The position numbers and the translations under genes are program-made. DNA of 64,000 nt from Blepharisma stoltei ATCC 30299 (Eukaryota > Protista > Ciliophora), in assembly GCA_965603825.1 (NCBI GenBank), contig CBFDEM010000020.1:434001-498000 (forward strand). The letters run 5' to 3'. A model generated the notes under the pieces. That model had not been told where the DNA came from. It did not search any database and saw nothing but the letters and a program-made list of their open reading frames with translations. Shown here piece after piece: positions 1 to 10,089 of this stretch (the stretch's first letter is position 1; each line of letters begins with the position of its first letter).

Positions 1-585
1 CCATGGCCCGTATAGTCCTGTAGGAAATGTTAGTACTGGCTCTTCTCCATTGCACTGCTTAAAAGCTGATTTAAAATATTTCGTCATCAGCTTATAAGGC
101 TCTGAATTTGGAATAAAATTAAAATCTCCTACTAGTATGATGTTCGAAAATAAAATAGGATTTATCCATTCTATCAATTCCTGAACTTGCGCCAGCCTTG
201 TCTCATCAGACAAATGATCTAAATGAGTATTAATAAACCAAATATCTTGAGAGCCTAATGAGCATTTGAACCTTTGGGCAACCCTAAGTCTTGAATTGTA
301 AGTAAAAACAGCTTCGTCAAGGATAGGAAACTGAGATTTTATTAAGGTCGCATTTCCATCAATGCGGAATTCAGGCTCTGCTTTAGTCATCGGAGATGGC
401 AGTTGAGAAAGTTTAAGAGTGTAATGAGGTAGTGCAAGGATATCACGATTTCCTTGAAAGTTAATTTCTTGAAGGCCAAGGAAGTCACAATTCATATCAC
501 CTATGGCACGGGAGACTAAGTGCTTTCTCTCATGATATCTGCAGCTGGTGTTCAAAATATTAAAGCTCCCGACTTTTATTTCCAT
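1..585 (-). CDS. Endonuclease/exonuclease/phosphatase (EEP) family protein, 3' end outside window
   Basis: Manual translation from ATG at 585: MEIKVGSFNIL...DFLGLQEIN...GNATL...FINTHLDH...ILVGDFN, the EEP motifs (xxN, LQE, NTHL, GDFN). Open to the left edge. Confidence 0.85.
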   Translation of the reverse strand, partial: MEIKVGSFNILNTSCRYHERKHLVSRAIGDMNCDFLGLQEINFQGNRDILALPHYTLKLSQLPSPMTKAEPEFRIDGNATLIKSQFPILDEAVFTYNSRLRVAQRFKCSLGSQDIWFINTHLDHLSDETRLAQVQELIEWINPILFSNIILVGDFNFIPNSEPYKLMTKYFKSAFKQCNGEEPVLTFPTGLYGPW

Positions 586-686
586 ATTATCTGAAACTAA
601 CCTTCAGTAAATTTAAATTTCATTTATTTTAAGTAAGTCATTAATTTTTGTGATAAAATTAGATTACGTCAGAAATATGCTACCAT

Positions 687-2042
687 TTATTGAATTTGAT
701 GTACACTACATTCAGAAACTTGGAAACTTCTTTCTTTTCCATAAAAGTTTTCAGGCTTTATTTCAATTTCTTCGCTTCCTTCATAGCTCCCTTCTAATGC
801 TACTTTAAAAACAATTGAATTGACTTGAGCATTTGCTTTTATTTCAGTAGTTATATCACCTCTTTTGATTTTTTCTCTTTTTTGCATTTTACATATTGTA
901 TCTTGTATTTGGTCTTTTTTCTGACTAAATTGTATATATTCTTCTGCCAATTTTTCATTTTTTTCAAGTATCTTTGAGTTTTCATTTGATAATTTTAACA
1001 GCTTTTCAGTTTCTTCTGACAGTTCATGCTTCATATTATTGATTTCTTGCTTCATTAGTTCAATTTTGTCTTCTAGCGCTCTCTCTTCAGGAGATAGTGC
1101 TGAAGGCTTGCTATAATTATCTTGATAAGAGAGCGTTCTATTTTTTATTTTGCCAAAATCAAGTACAGGTACTGGCCTTTGTTTATTAGGAGTTGTATAA
1201 AGGACCTCTCCGTACTCAAATAATTCGTTACCTACTGAGCTGTCTTCCTCAGAGTCACTGTATTCATCAGAAATTTTGAACTCAAAGCTAAAATCTTTTC
1301 TCGGACTAAATAAATTATTAATGTAGCTCCTTTCAACTCCTTGTTTCCTATTTATCGGATTTTTAAGCAGAGCTTCGATTTTCTGGCACTCACTTCATAA
1401 CATTTTAGAGTTTTCCATCAACTTGTCCCTATGGGACTGTGCATGATAAAGATCCCTAGCAAGATTTTGCATGTATTCTTTTAATTCTTCAGTTTGGCAA
1501 TGTAAATCCAATATTTCATCAGTCGGAGGAACAATTATCATATTCCTCGATTTTCTATATAATTCAGCATCAATTTCCAATTGTTTATTCCTCGTCATCA
1601 ATTCACAAATAATTCTTTCTTTCTTATCATTTTGATACTTAATTTCTTGCAACTTATCTTCGTATTCTTGTATCAATTCTTGTTCTTTTCTTTGCAATTC
1701 AGCTGAAATCTGTTCATTTATCAAAGCTTTCCCTTGGGCATCACTTCTGTCAGTGATGAGTTTCTTAAGGGTTTCTTCCAGCTGTTTTGTTTCGGATAAA
1801 AGCTGTTCGATCATACGTGGCGCTGTATAGCTAATATTGACTGTGTCTTCTGAATTAGACTCATTAAGCTTACTTGACAATATATCGTGGAGCATTTCTT
1901 TGTTAAGTGCTAGGTTTGTTTCGAGATCATCTATATGGATTTTAAGTCGCTCTGTTTCTCGCTCTATTTCTCTTGCTTTGGCAGCTTTTCGAGTTGACAT
2001 TCGTTCGCCACCAGGGAGGGTATGCAATGTGTGACTAAGCAT
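687..2042 (-). CDS. Coiled-coil hypothetical protein
   Basis: ORFs 1395-2042 and 687-1055 are in the same frame and join through one TGA (1395-1397, Trp) with no TAA/TAG between. Heptad-rich. Alternative start at 2000 (MSTRK). Confidence 0.75.
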
Positions 2043-2407
2043 TTTTTTTAGTTTTAAAAGGATGTTAAATTCATAAATGGAGTTTCAAATGCTCTAGGAT
2101 AATGGGAAATATTAGGAATGGAGAAGAAGCTAAGTCTAAAGTTATTTTATCAATTTTAAAAATTCAATGAAGTAACCATATAACTATTTATTTATTGAAA
2201 TAATAAATCCATCCTTATTTTATTCGCTTCTGAAGTATTTTAGCCTACATATTAGAATTATTCTTCTCTTAAATTATTAAAAAATAAACAAGAAAGAATA
2301 TTAAGCTTAATCTTTCCGTGGTTTTCATTAGATAAATTCACCATATATATCTTTTAGAGTATTTTTGACTTTCTTTTTAATAATAAATCCATATCAACCA
2401 TATCGTT

Positions 2408-3058
2408 ATGAGAAATGCCCTTAACCTTCCTATGCCAATGAGCCCAAAATCTTCATTTATCCCTCCTCTACCAGCTAATGGAGACTCAACCCCAAGACTA
2501 TATGACATTGATTTTTGCCCTCCTATGAGCCAATTCTCCGACTCTCAAGCTTGCTATGTATTTTCGCCTCTATCTCAGTCAATTAAGCTTGAAAATCTAG
2601 GCCAAACAGATCAAAAGACACTGCGTGAGTTAAATGGAAATCACAAAAGCAACTTATCATTAGAAACACAGATAGGCAACCCGTTAAGATCTGATGAAAA
2701 AGCCAAATACGAACAAAAAATAGAAGAACTTGAAAGCGAAGTCAAAGCCTTAAGGAGAATGAAAGTCCTACTAAGGGAAAAAGATCGGATCATCGGGAAT
2801 ATTGAAATGCAACTAGAAATTGCAAAAGCAGAAAACCGAGGGTTAAAAAAGGAGGTTAAATACCTTAGACTGCAAAATATAGCACTAACAAACAAATTTC
2901 AAGATAAAAGTGAACAAGAAAGTGGGGAAGCATCCCCAGATCCAGCAACTAGAGTAACGAATGCTTTGAATAGCTTTAAAGCAGATCTAACAGATTTTAT
3001 AGTTAGAAACCAAAGATCGCGGAGCAAAACTTTAGCTCCAAAGCCTGACAAAATATAA
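2408..3058 (+). CDS. Hypothetical protein, Pro/Ser-rich N-terminus plus coiled coil
   Basis: Intact 216-aa ORF, ATG to TAA, flanked by AT-rich spacers. Confidence 0.75.
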   Translation: MRNALNLPMPMSPKSSFIPPLPANGDSTPRLYDIDFCPPMSQFSDSQACYVFSPLSQSIKLENLGQTDQKTLRELNGNHKSNLSLETQIGNPLRSDEKAKYEQKIEELESEVKALRRMKVLLREKDRIIGNIEMQLEIAKAENRGLKKEVKYLRLQNIALTNKFQDKSEQESGEASPDPATRVTNALNSFKADLTDFIVRNQRSRSKTLAPKPDKI

Positions 3059-3458
3059 ATTATAACAGCTTTTGAAATTTTTAATTATGGTTTATTTTGG
3101 GTCAAATTATTATCATATTAAAAGTTATGCTTGCTTTTAATTCGTCCATAAATTTGTAATATAATCAATCGTTAAAAAGAAATCCATAAATATATTCAAA
3201 AGCCAATAAAAGTTGTATCAATTTTATTTTTGAAGAAAGATAAATAGAAAGAAAATATATATTTATAAAATTAGTATAAATAGTTTGATAAAATTAAAAT
3301 TTGAAATAGAAATGAAAATGCTAAATAATAATCATTGAAAATTATTGCTATAAATATATTAATATTCTTTACCTTCTTTAATATAAAATAATTAATTGAA
3401 AAATTCTTTTGGGGCTAAAAAAATTTAAAATTTAATAAGATATCTTTTATAAAATAAA

Positions 3459-3710
3459 ATGGAACTACAAGAAGCTCAGAGATCTCCTGAAGCTATATTA
3501 AACTCCCAAGTCAATAATAATGCAAATAGAAAAAGCATTAAAATTTTAATCCTTAATATTGGATCTAAAATCAAGCAAACAATATTTGGAAGGAAGTCCG
3601 AGCCTGAAAGCATTGAAGAAAATGGTGAGGTTCAGTGGGATAATGGAATAGAAAACATTATGTATGACGATTCAGAGATGTGGTTTGAGCCTTTACCTGT
3701 AAGATTTTAA
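3459..3710 (+). CDS. Small hypothetical protein
   Basis: 83-aa ORF with AAAATG start and TAA stop; GC content higher than the flanks. Confidence 0.55.
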   Translation: MELQEAQRSPEAILNSQVNNNANRKSIKILILNIGSKIKQTIFGRKSEPESIEENGEVQWDNGIENIMYDDSEMWFEPLPVRF

Positions 3711-4102
3711 TTTTTAAAATTTATTGAAATTATGGCGAAAAGCATTAATAAATATGTGTTGACTTTAGGCTATATTATTTCTTGATCAATGCATAAAATC
3801 TTTTAAAGCAAGCTATAAATAAAATTTAAAAATTATGATATATTTATTCTGAATGATAATTTAGCAATAATAAGAAATTCAATATTTAATTATTTGTATA
3901 TGCATCAGCAATTAAAAGCGATTTTATAATAAAATTGCTAATTTTTCATTTAGATTGCTTCTTGAAGCAAATATACAGTAATTTAGATTCTAATCCAATA
4001 CTTTTAATTAAGTTAATCACACATTTTTTGTAATGGAATCACTATTTAATCTTGTAAAATATGTGGAGTTCATCCATTTTGCATTGTGGCTAAATAATAA
4101 CC

Positions 4103-5566
4103 ATGTTATCAAGGCTTTGCCAGTCTGTTCAAAGAGTAGCCTTTAGGAGGTTTAGTACATCAGCAGTGGCATCTGAAGAGCCTAATTTCTTAGAGATGGT
4201 GAACATAAACTATGATAGAGCTTGCCAGCACCTTGATATCGACCCAGCAGTCTTAGAGCTCATTAAGCGTTGTGACTCCTCGTTAACAATGACAATTCCA
4301 CTCAGGAGAGATGACGGCGCAGTCGAATATTTCACAGCCTATAGAGCTCAGCATTCCAGGCATCGCACTCCAACTAAAGGAGGCACAAGGTATGCTCCAG
4401 ACGTCGATCTCGTGGAAGTAACTGCATTAGCGTTCTTAATGACATTGAAATGTGCCTGTGTAAATTTGCCATTCGGTGGTGGGAAAGGTGGCATCAAGCT
4501 TGACCCAAAAACATTAAGTCTCGGTGAATTGGAAAGGCTGACAAGAAGATATGCCATTGAGCTGGCTAAAAAAGGATTTTTAAATCCAGCCACAGATGTG
4601 CCAGGACCTGACCTTGGAACCGGAGAAAAAGAAATGGCCTGGATGATGGAAGCCTATAGATTTTATAACTACGACAATATTTATGCAACAGCCACCACTA
4701 CTGGGAAACCAGTCTCATTTGGAGGAATTTCAGGGAGAACTGAATCTACAGGGCTTGGACTTTATTATTGCTTAAGAGAATTCCTTAATGATGCTTACTA
4801 TACAACTCCAGTAGGGTTGAAGACAGGAATTAAAGATAAATCACTTATCGTCCAAGGCTTTGGAAACGTGGGTTATTGGGCTGCAAATTTCTTAGAAAGA
4901 GATGGGGCTAAATTATTAGGTGTTATTGAAAGAGATGGTGCTGTCTTTAATGAAAGCGGAATATCAGTAGATGAAGTGAAAAAGTATTTAATTAAAAAAG
5001 GCACCTTGAAAGGCTTCCCTAAAGCTCAATTCTATGAAGACGTCCAAGACGTTTTCAAAAAACCGTGCGATGTCCTTATTCCTGCAGCCGTTGAAAGATC
5101 GATCACAGGCAAAAACGCTGTCAACTTCAACTGTAAAATTGTAGCTGAAGGAGGAAATGGCCCTACAACCCCAAGAGGAGAAGATGTGCTGGCATCAAAA
5201 GGAATCCTTGTACTTCCAGATTTATTGATGAATGCTGGAGGTGTCACTGTTTCTTATTTCGAATATGTAAAGAATCTTGGGTTTATCAGACCTGGAATGT
5301 TGACTAGAAAACTAGAATCAACTACAAATAAATGGATTATTGACAAAGTTATGCAAGGAGACACAAAACCAAGCAAAGGCACAATCAGCAAAATCCTCGA
5401 TGGGCCAAGTGAGCAAGATTTGGTTTATTCTGGTCTTGAAGATGTGATGTGTGAAGCAGTGGCTGAAACCAAAAAAACTAGCCAAGAAAAAGGAATTTCT
5501 TTAAGACTTGCAGCATATACAAATTCTATCAAAAGAATCTATGACTCAATGAAGCTCACTCTTTAA
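4103..5566 (+). CDS. GDH: Glutamate dehydrogenase, mitochondrial precursor
   Basis: YRAQHS, PTKGGTRY, PFGGGKGG, DVPGPDLGT, TGKP, QGFGNVG, AEGGNGPTT and NAGGVTVSYFE motifs; Arg/Ser-rich presequence. Confidence 0.97.
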   Translation: MLSRLCQSVQRVAFRRFSTSAVASEEPNFLEMVNINYDRACQHLDIDPAVLELIKRCDSSLTMTIPLRRDDGAVEYFTAYRAQHSRHRTPTKGGTRYAPDVDLVEVTALAFLMTLKCACVNLPFGGGKGGIKLDPKTLSLGELERLTRRYAIELAKKGFLNPATDVPGPDLGTGEKEMAWMMEAYRFYNYDNIYATATTTGKPVSFGGISGRTESTGLGLYYCLREFLNDAYYTTPVGLKTGIKDKSLIVQGFGNVGYWAANFLERDGAKLLGVIERDGAVFNESGISVDEVKKYLIKKGTLKGFPKAQFYEDVQDVFKKPCDVLIPAAVERSITGKNAVNFNCKIVAEGGNGPTTPRGEDVLASKGILVLPDLLMNAGGVTVSYFEYVKNLGFIRPGMLTRKLESTTNKWIIDKVMQGDTKPSKGTISKILDGPSEQDLVYSGLEDVMCEAVAETKKTSQEKGISLRLAAYTNSIKRIYDSMKLTL

Positions 5567-5784
5567 TTGCTTATTCTTAATTTAGATAGAAATTATGATT
5601 TAATTCTAATCCTTGCAATTATAATCTTTATCCTATATTATTAGCAATCTACAATAAATTCTCATTAGTCCGAATTAATTATATTTAAATTTATAATTAA
5701 TATGATAATTGAAAGATGTAGTTAGTACTCCTATAGAAACCAAGTATTACAAAAAGTCTGATATTTATAACTAAAAAATTTTAA

Positions 5785-6231
5785 ATGGCAATCAAAGAAG
5801 ACTCAATGCATAAGCACATTTTTGATTTGTATGACAAAGAGCATGATCTCGTAGTAAACATGGATTGCCTTGGAGACGCTGCAAGGCTTCTAGGAGCTAA
5901 TCTATCAGATGCAGAAATTGAAGATTTTATGTCAGCACTTGACAAGTCTGAACCGCTGATTGAGTTTGAGACATTTGAAGAATTAGTAAACCAGTTGATA
6001 GCTAAGGACAAAATTTCTAAGTATGACCTTATCAAACGTTTAGAGCCGTTTGATAAAGATCTTGACGGGATGGTGGCTGTCAGTGATATAATTAACCTTC
6101 TCTGTGGGCCTGGGGAGCCATTATCAAGAGAAGATGCTGAAGAAATTCTACACGATATTAACCCGCAGAATTCTCCAAAGATTTCGATTACGTCTCTTAT
6201 AGACAATTTATTAAGAAATGAATTAATCTAA
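5785..6231 (+). CDS. Calmodulin/myosin-light-chain-like EF-hand protein (degenerate loops)
   Basis: 148 aa with calmodulin-like spacing: IFDLYDKEHD, ARLLGANLSDAEI, FDKDLDGMVAVSDI, GEPLSREDAEEI. Confidence 0.75.
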   Translation: MAIKEDSMHKHIFDLYDKEHDLVVNMDCLGDAARLLGANLSDAEIEDFMSALDKSEPLIEFETFEELVNQLIAKDKISKYDLIKRLEPFDKDLDGMVAVSDIINLLCGPGEPLSREDAEEILHDINPQNSPKISITSLIDNLLRNELI

Positions 6232-6235
6232 CTTA

Positions 6236-6844
6236 TTATTGAAGCCATGAATCGTCATCAAGTAATTCAAGCACATCTTGTTCAAATGTCCTTGGAGGAT
6301 TTCTCTTGTACTCCAAGGCTTTTCTGCAAATGGTTTCAAATATCCTTACAACGTTAGTTCCATCTGCAGCAGATACAAAAAAGAAATCCAAGCCATGAGT
6401 TTCTGCAAACTTAAAGCTTTTTTTAGTAACTTCTAAGTCCACATCAATCTTGTTTGCTAGCAATATGCAAGGAATGCTAGGACAAAACGTCCTCATTTCT
6501 TTATACCAAACTTTTAAATGGTCATATGTAATTTTTCTAGTAACGTCAAATACAAGAATTGCTGCATGTGCTCCAAAGTAGTATGAAGAATGCAGTCGGC
6601 TGAAACAATCTTGCCCTGCAGTGTCCCAGATATCAATTTTTGTAGGCTCTCCATCTATTTCAGTGTTATATCGAAACATCGTCAATGCAAATGTAGATAG
6701 CTGGCGCTCTTCGTAATCATCTATTAGGAATCGCTCGACAAGCTTGCTTTTACCGACAGCTGAGTCTCCTAAGAGGATGATTTTTATATCAGCGTTGGGC
6801 AGTTCAGCAGCTTCCTTGGCTTTTCGTTCAATTTCTGGATCCAT
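6236..6844 (-). CDS. RABL2: Rab-like GTPase 2 (ciliary, IFT-B associated)
   Basis: LLGDSAVGKSKLVERFL, RQLSTFALT (RABL2-type switch I), WDTAGQ, ANKID and SAADG; no C-terminal prenylation cysteines. Confidence 0.9.
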   Translation of the reverse strand: MDPEIERKAKEAAELPNADIKIILLGDSAVGKSKLVERFLIDDYEERQLSTFALTMFRYNTEIDGEPTKIDIWDTAGQDCFSRLHSSYYFGAHAAILVFDVTRKITYDHLKVWYKEMRTFCPSIPCILLANKIDVDLEVTKKSFKFAETHGLDFFFVSAADGTNVVRIFETICRKALEYKRNPPRTFEQDVLELLDDDSWLQ

Positions 6845-6904
6845 TTTTATGGAATTTTCGTTAAAAGTTTATTAAGAAGCTTAATTTTAAGAAAGATTAT
6901 TTGA

Positions 6905-7518
6905 TTAATCATGTCTTCTGGAGCCATTTGTACGGTTGTTCTGCATAATAAGTTACTCTTGGGTAGGGTGAGCCTGACCTTGATCTTCTTCTTGAATGGG
7001 ACCTTAAGGGTTAGTGTTTATTCTTTATTAGTTGTATATTTCATTACCTTGAAGACGAATATGATCTATCTCTTCTATATCTTGGAGGTGTCCGGCTGCA
7101 TAGCAAATACCTTCTAGATCTTCTTCTTGGTGATCGAGAGCGCCTGTATCTTCTTTCACGCCTTCTCATATCATCTGGCTAAAATTAAAGTTACTGCTTT
7201 TCGCTCTTCTCTTGCAAACACCACTTTTACTGTGGTTCCCAAGACCTCAGTACCATCAGTTTTTTCCAAAGCCTCTTTGGCTTCATTATAGTTGAGGAAT
7301 TCTACGAAGCCAAAACCTCGAGGCTTACGAGTGTAATAATCCTTTGGAATGTAAACATCGCGGATTTCGCCGAACTTGGAAAAGAATTCGCGAAGGTCGG
7401 TGTCTTTGATTTCTTCTGACTAATTGGAAATTACAAGCCCCCGGAGGAAGAGAGAAATTCGTTTAGGAGGAGTCTTTGAGCGCGGTCTCGGAGAGTTGTG
7501 GGGACTGCTGTCAGACAT
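6905..7518 (-). CDS. SR splicing factor (RRM + RS domain; SRSF10/SC35-like class), 5 predicted introns
   Basis: Missed by the ORF track. Spliced translation: MSDSSPHNSPRPRSKTPPKRISLFLRGL/SEEIKDTDLREFFSKFGEIRDVYIPKDYYTRKPRGFGFVEF...VVFAREERKA/PDDMRRRERRYRRSRSPRRRSR... Introns 7420-7434 (15 nt), 7179-7194 (16), 7096-7110 (15, CAG), 7003-7047 (45) and 6941-6956 (16, CAG). Confidence 0.88.
7003..7047 (-). other. Predicted 45-nt spliceosomal intron in the SR gene
   Basis: GTAATGAAATATACAACTAATAAAGAATAAACACTAACCCTTAAG. It contains two in-frame TAA codons, and removal joins RS sequence SYSSSR to SHSRRRSRSGSP. Confidence 0.7.
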
Positions 7519-8214
7519 AACTATTATAAATTATTTGGGCTTTCAATTAGATTTAATGATACGGCTGGTTATTATGCTTTCTTTCAGGCTTTTAACACTT
7601 TTTGAGTGGCCTTTCTTTATTCCTCTTTACTTTCAAAATAAGCTATTTAATGGTAAGTAATAAAGGAACACTTTGAAAGCCATACAAATTGTTTTGACTA
7701 GAGAGATAGAATATTAGCAGATAAATCAGTAGACGCTTTATGTATGATAAAAATAATTATTTAGTCCGGAAAAAAGTTATTCTTTTCCAGTAGGATGCAC
7801 GTACTTATAATTAGCTATTAGAATATATTTAAAAAATTATAGAAGGCTAATATAGCAAGTGATGCTTTTAGGATTCTTGAGAAATCGCTTGAGAGCAGCT
7901 CACTGAAAAATCAAAATTATTTCGGATTTTGTCAAATTATTATCACTCTAAAGAAGATAATTTAACGAAATTCCATAAAATGTATAAAAATATCCCAAAA
8001 CTATGACTTTATTTATTATAATTAATATAGAGATAATCAGGACTAAAAAATATTGATTTAAAAATATAATAAATTTCTAAAACAGAAAATTATTTCTAAA
8101 GCTAAATTAGTGTAGATTAAAATTAAATATTATCCTGCAGTTAGTTTTAAATATATTTCGTAAAAATCATTTATTTAATAATTTATAATTCAATTGCAGA
8201 TATTAAATAAAGAA

Positions 8215-9816
8215 TTATCGCTTCTTTCTGTCTTTTGCTGGCAAGTACATAGCGAGACTAAATAAATATTACTTTGAATTAACGTAACCCTCTTTTTGAT
8301 CCCAAACATACTTTAGATCTTTTTTACTTGGAAGAAATTCTTTTGGAGAAGGCGTTTCCACATGTCTAAGAAGCGACCTATCATTGCTTTTAATCGCCTG
8401 AGGTGCAGAAGAAATGTTTCTTCTGCTTCCTCCAGAAGATTTCGGTCTAGGAATCTCATCTTTAAAGCTTGGCATCCTTGACCTTGATCCTGTGAATTCT
8501 TCTCATATTTCTTTTGAATAGTTCATAAAATTTTGATAATATTCGTCATTATTATCAGGGAAAATTTTTATATAAGCCCCACAGTTTTCTTCTTCATTGA
8601 TGTCTCTTTGAGACTGTATATTTTCTCTCATAATTTCTTTTTCTTGCATTCTTTCTCTTATGCTTTGATTATAAACACTTCTCCTCATTATTTGATTTCT
8701 TTTGGAAATTTCATAGTTTTTCTTGTCTTTTGTAGAAAGTCCCATCATGCACAGAGCTTCTTTGATGACTTGCCGCTTTATTTTTTTATCTAAAGGAGAA
8801 TCTGTGCTGAATGCGGGCGAATGGTTTACTTCAAGAAGCCATGGCTTGAGGTCTGAATCAACAAGTATGTCAAAGCCAAGGATTTCAAAGCACATCGCAT
8901 TTGACAAGTCTTCAGGCTGGCATGATTTATAAGTGTGAGCTAATGAAGGCTGGATTGTGCACAATGTTTTTATAATAATATCGCATATTCCATTTCATAA
9001 AGACTCGACATCATACCCTTTTTCTTCCAAATAGGTAAATACTGCTGAAATACTTCGCTTATGACCCACATCATCAGCTTCTGCATCTTGATTTCCAATG
9101 AATTTCGAATTTCTTTTATTCACAGCATAATTTGTCAAATGCATACAAATCTTATCAAGATTCCCGCCACTCGGTTTTTTATATTCCTCTGTAGCAAACC
9201 TAGCTAAGCCTTCCTCATGTATCCAAAGCCTCAAAGGGTCGCATCCGGTTACTAGGACATAAATTCTCATATCAAATTTCAGTCCTTCTATAAGCAAAGG
9301 TTTATCAACATACTTCTGTACGATATAATGCTCAATTTTATCCATATCCTGGATATCTTGAATTAAGAAGATTCCTCGTCCTTGAGATGATGCTTCAGGT
9401 TTCACTATATATGTGTGGGAATCTCCCTGGTAAAATTCTTCTTGGAATTCAGAATATTCTGCAGGCAAAAATCAAGTTTTCGGAAAAAAGTCATAGTCAT
9501 CGGGAAATAATTTTCTCATTTTATTGAGATTCATACACAAATTGCTTTTCCTTGCAATTGCATACATCCCTGGGAAATGGTTAACTCTTTGATAAGGTTT
9601 CATAGTTGCAAAGACGCTTGGAGCTACTGTACAGTCAAGTCACATGACATCTCAATTGTCAGGATTATCATTCTTAGTTAATCTTCAGCCCATTAGTTTT
9701 CGGCTTACATAACGAACAACTTGATATTTGGTATCTTTTTAAAAATTACGTGCTACACACATAGTTAGTGTGGATTTGTTTTTCGGTTTCAAGCTGGAAT
9801 TGGAATTCAAATTCAT
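8215..9816 (-). CDS. Tubulin polyglutamylase, TTLL6/TTLL13-like
   Basis: With TGA=W: WDVMWLD, QRVNHFPGMYAIARK, FFPKTWFLPAE, YIVKPEASSQGRGI, KFDMRIYVLVT, MHLTNYAVNK, CFEILGFDI, PWLLEVNHSP. 15-nt introns at 9735-9749 (stop-containing, AAG acceptor) and 8258-8272 (if retained, the CDS ends at 8269). Confidence 0.92.
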
Positions 9817-10089
9817 ATTTAGGTTTGAATAATTTTATTATATTTATTTTATGTTTGAAGCAAATATCATTAGCTGCTGTAATTATTCTACACTTATTTA
9901 TTATTAAATTTGTTGCAATCTATAAACCTTACTATAAGTTACATAATTTTTTGGTGGAAAATGCTTTGATAAGTTTTGTGCTTAAAATGTTTATTTCAAT
10001 TTCTTATCTTATTATATAAAATTTATTTTCCTTGACAAAACATAGGTATTAAATATAAATAGAAGGATAATTGAAAAACGAATACTAAT

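Noticed and set aside
7004-7046. The 45-nt insert as a retained TA-bounded germline IES
   Set aside because: Excision between the terminal TA dinucleotides would leave an in-frame TAA, whereas GT..AG removal restores the RS frame.
6911-7660. Plus-strand ORFs 6911-7117 and 7424-7660
   Set aside because: Antisense shadows of the spliced SR gene, with no recognisable protein features.
7519-8214. Longer intergenic region with a 9-bp inverted repeat (GGCTTTCAA ... TTGAAAGCC) as an ncRNA or MITE
   Set aside because: The repeat is short enough to be chance, and I saw no snRNA, snoRNA or tRNA motifs or target-site duplication. An Infernal/Rfam scan would settle it.
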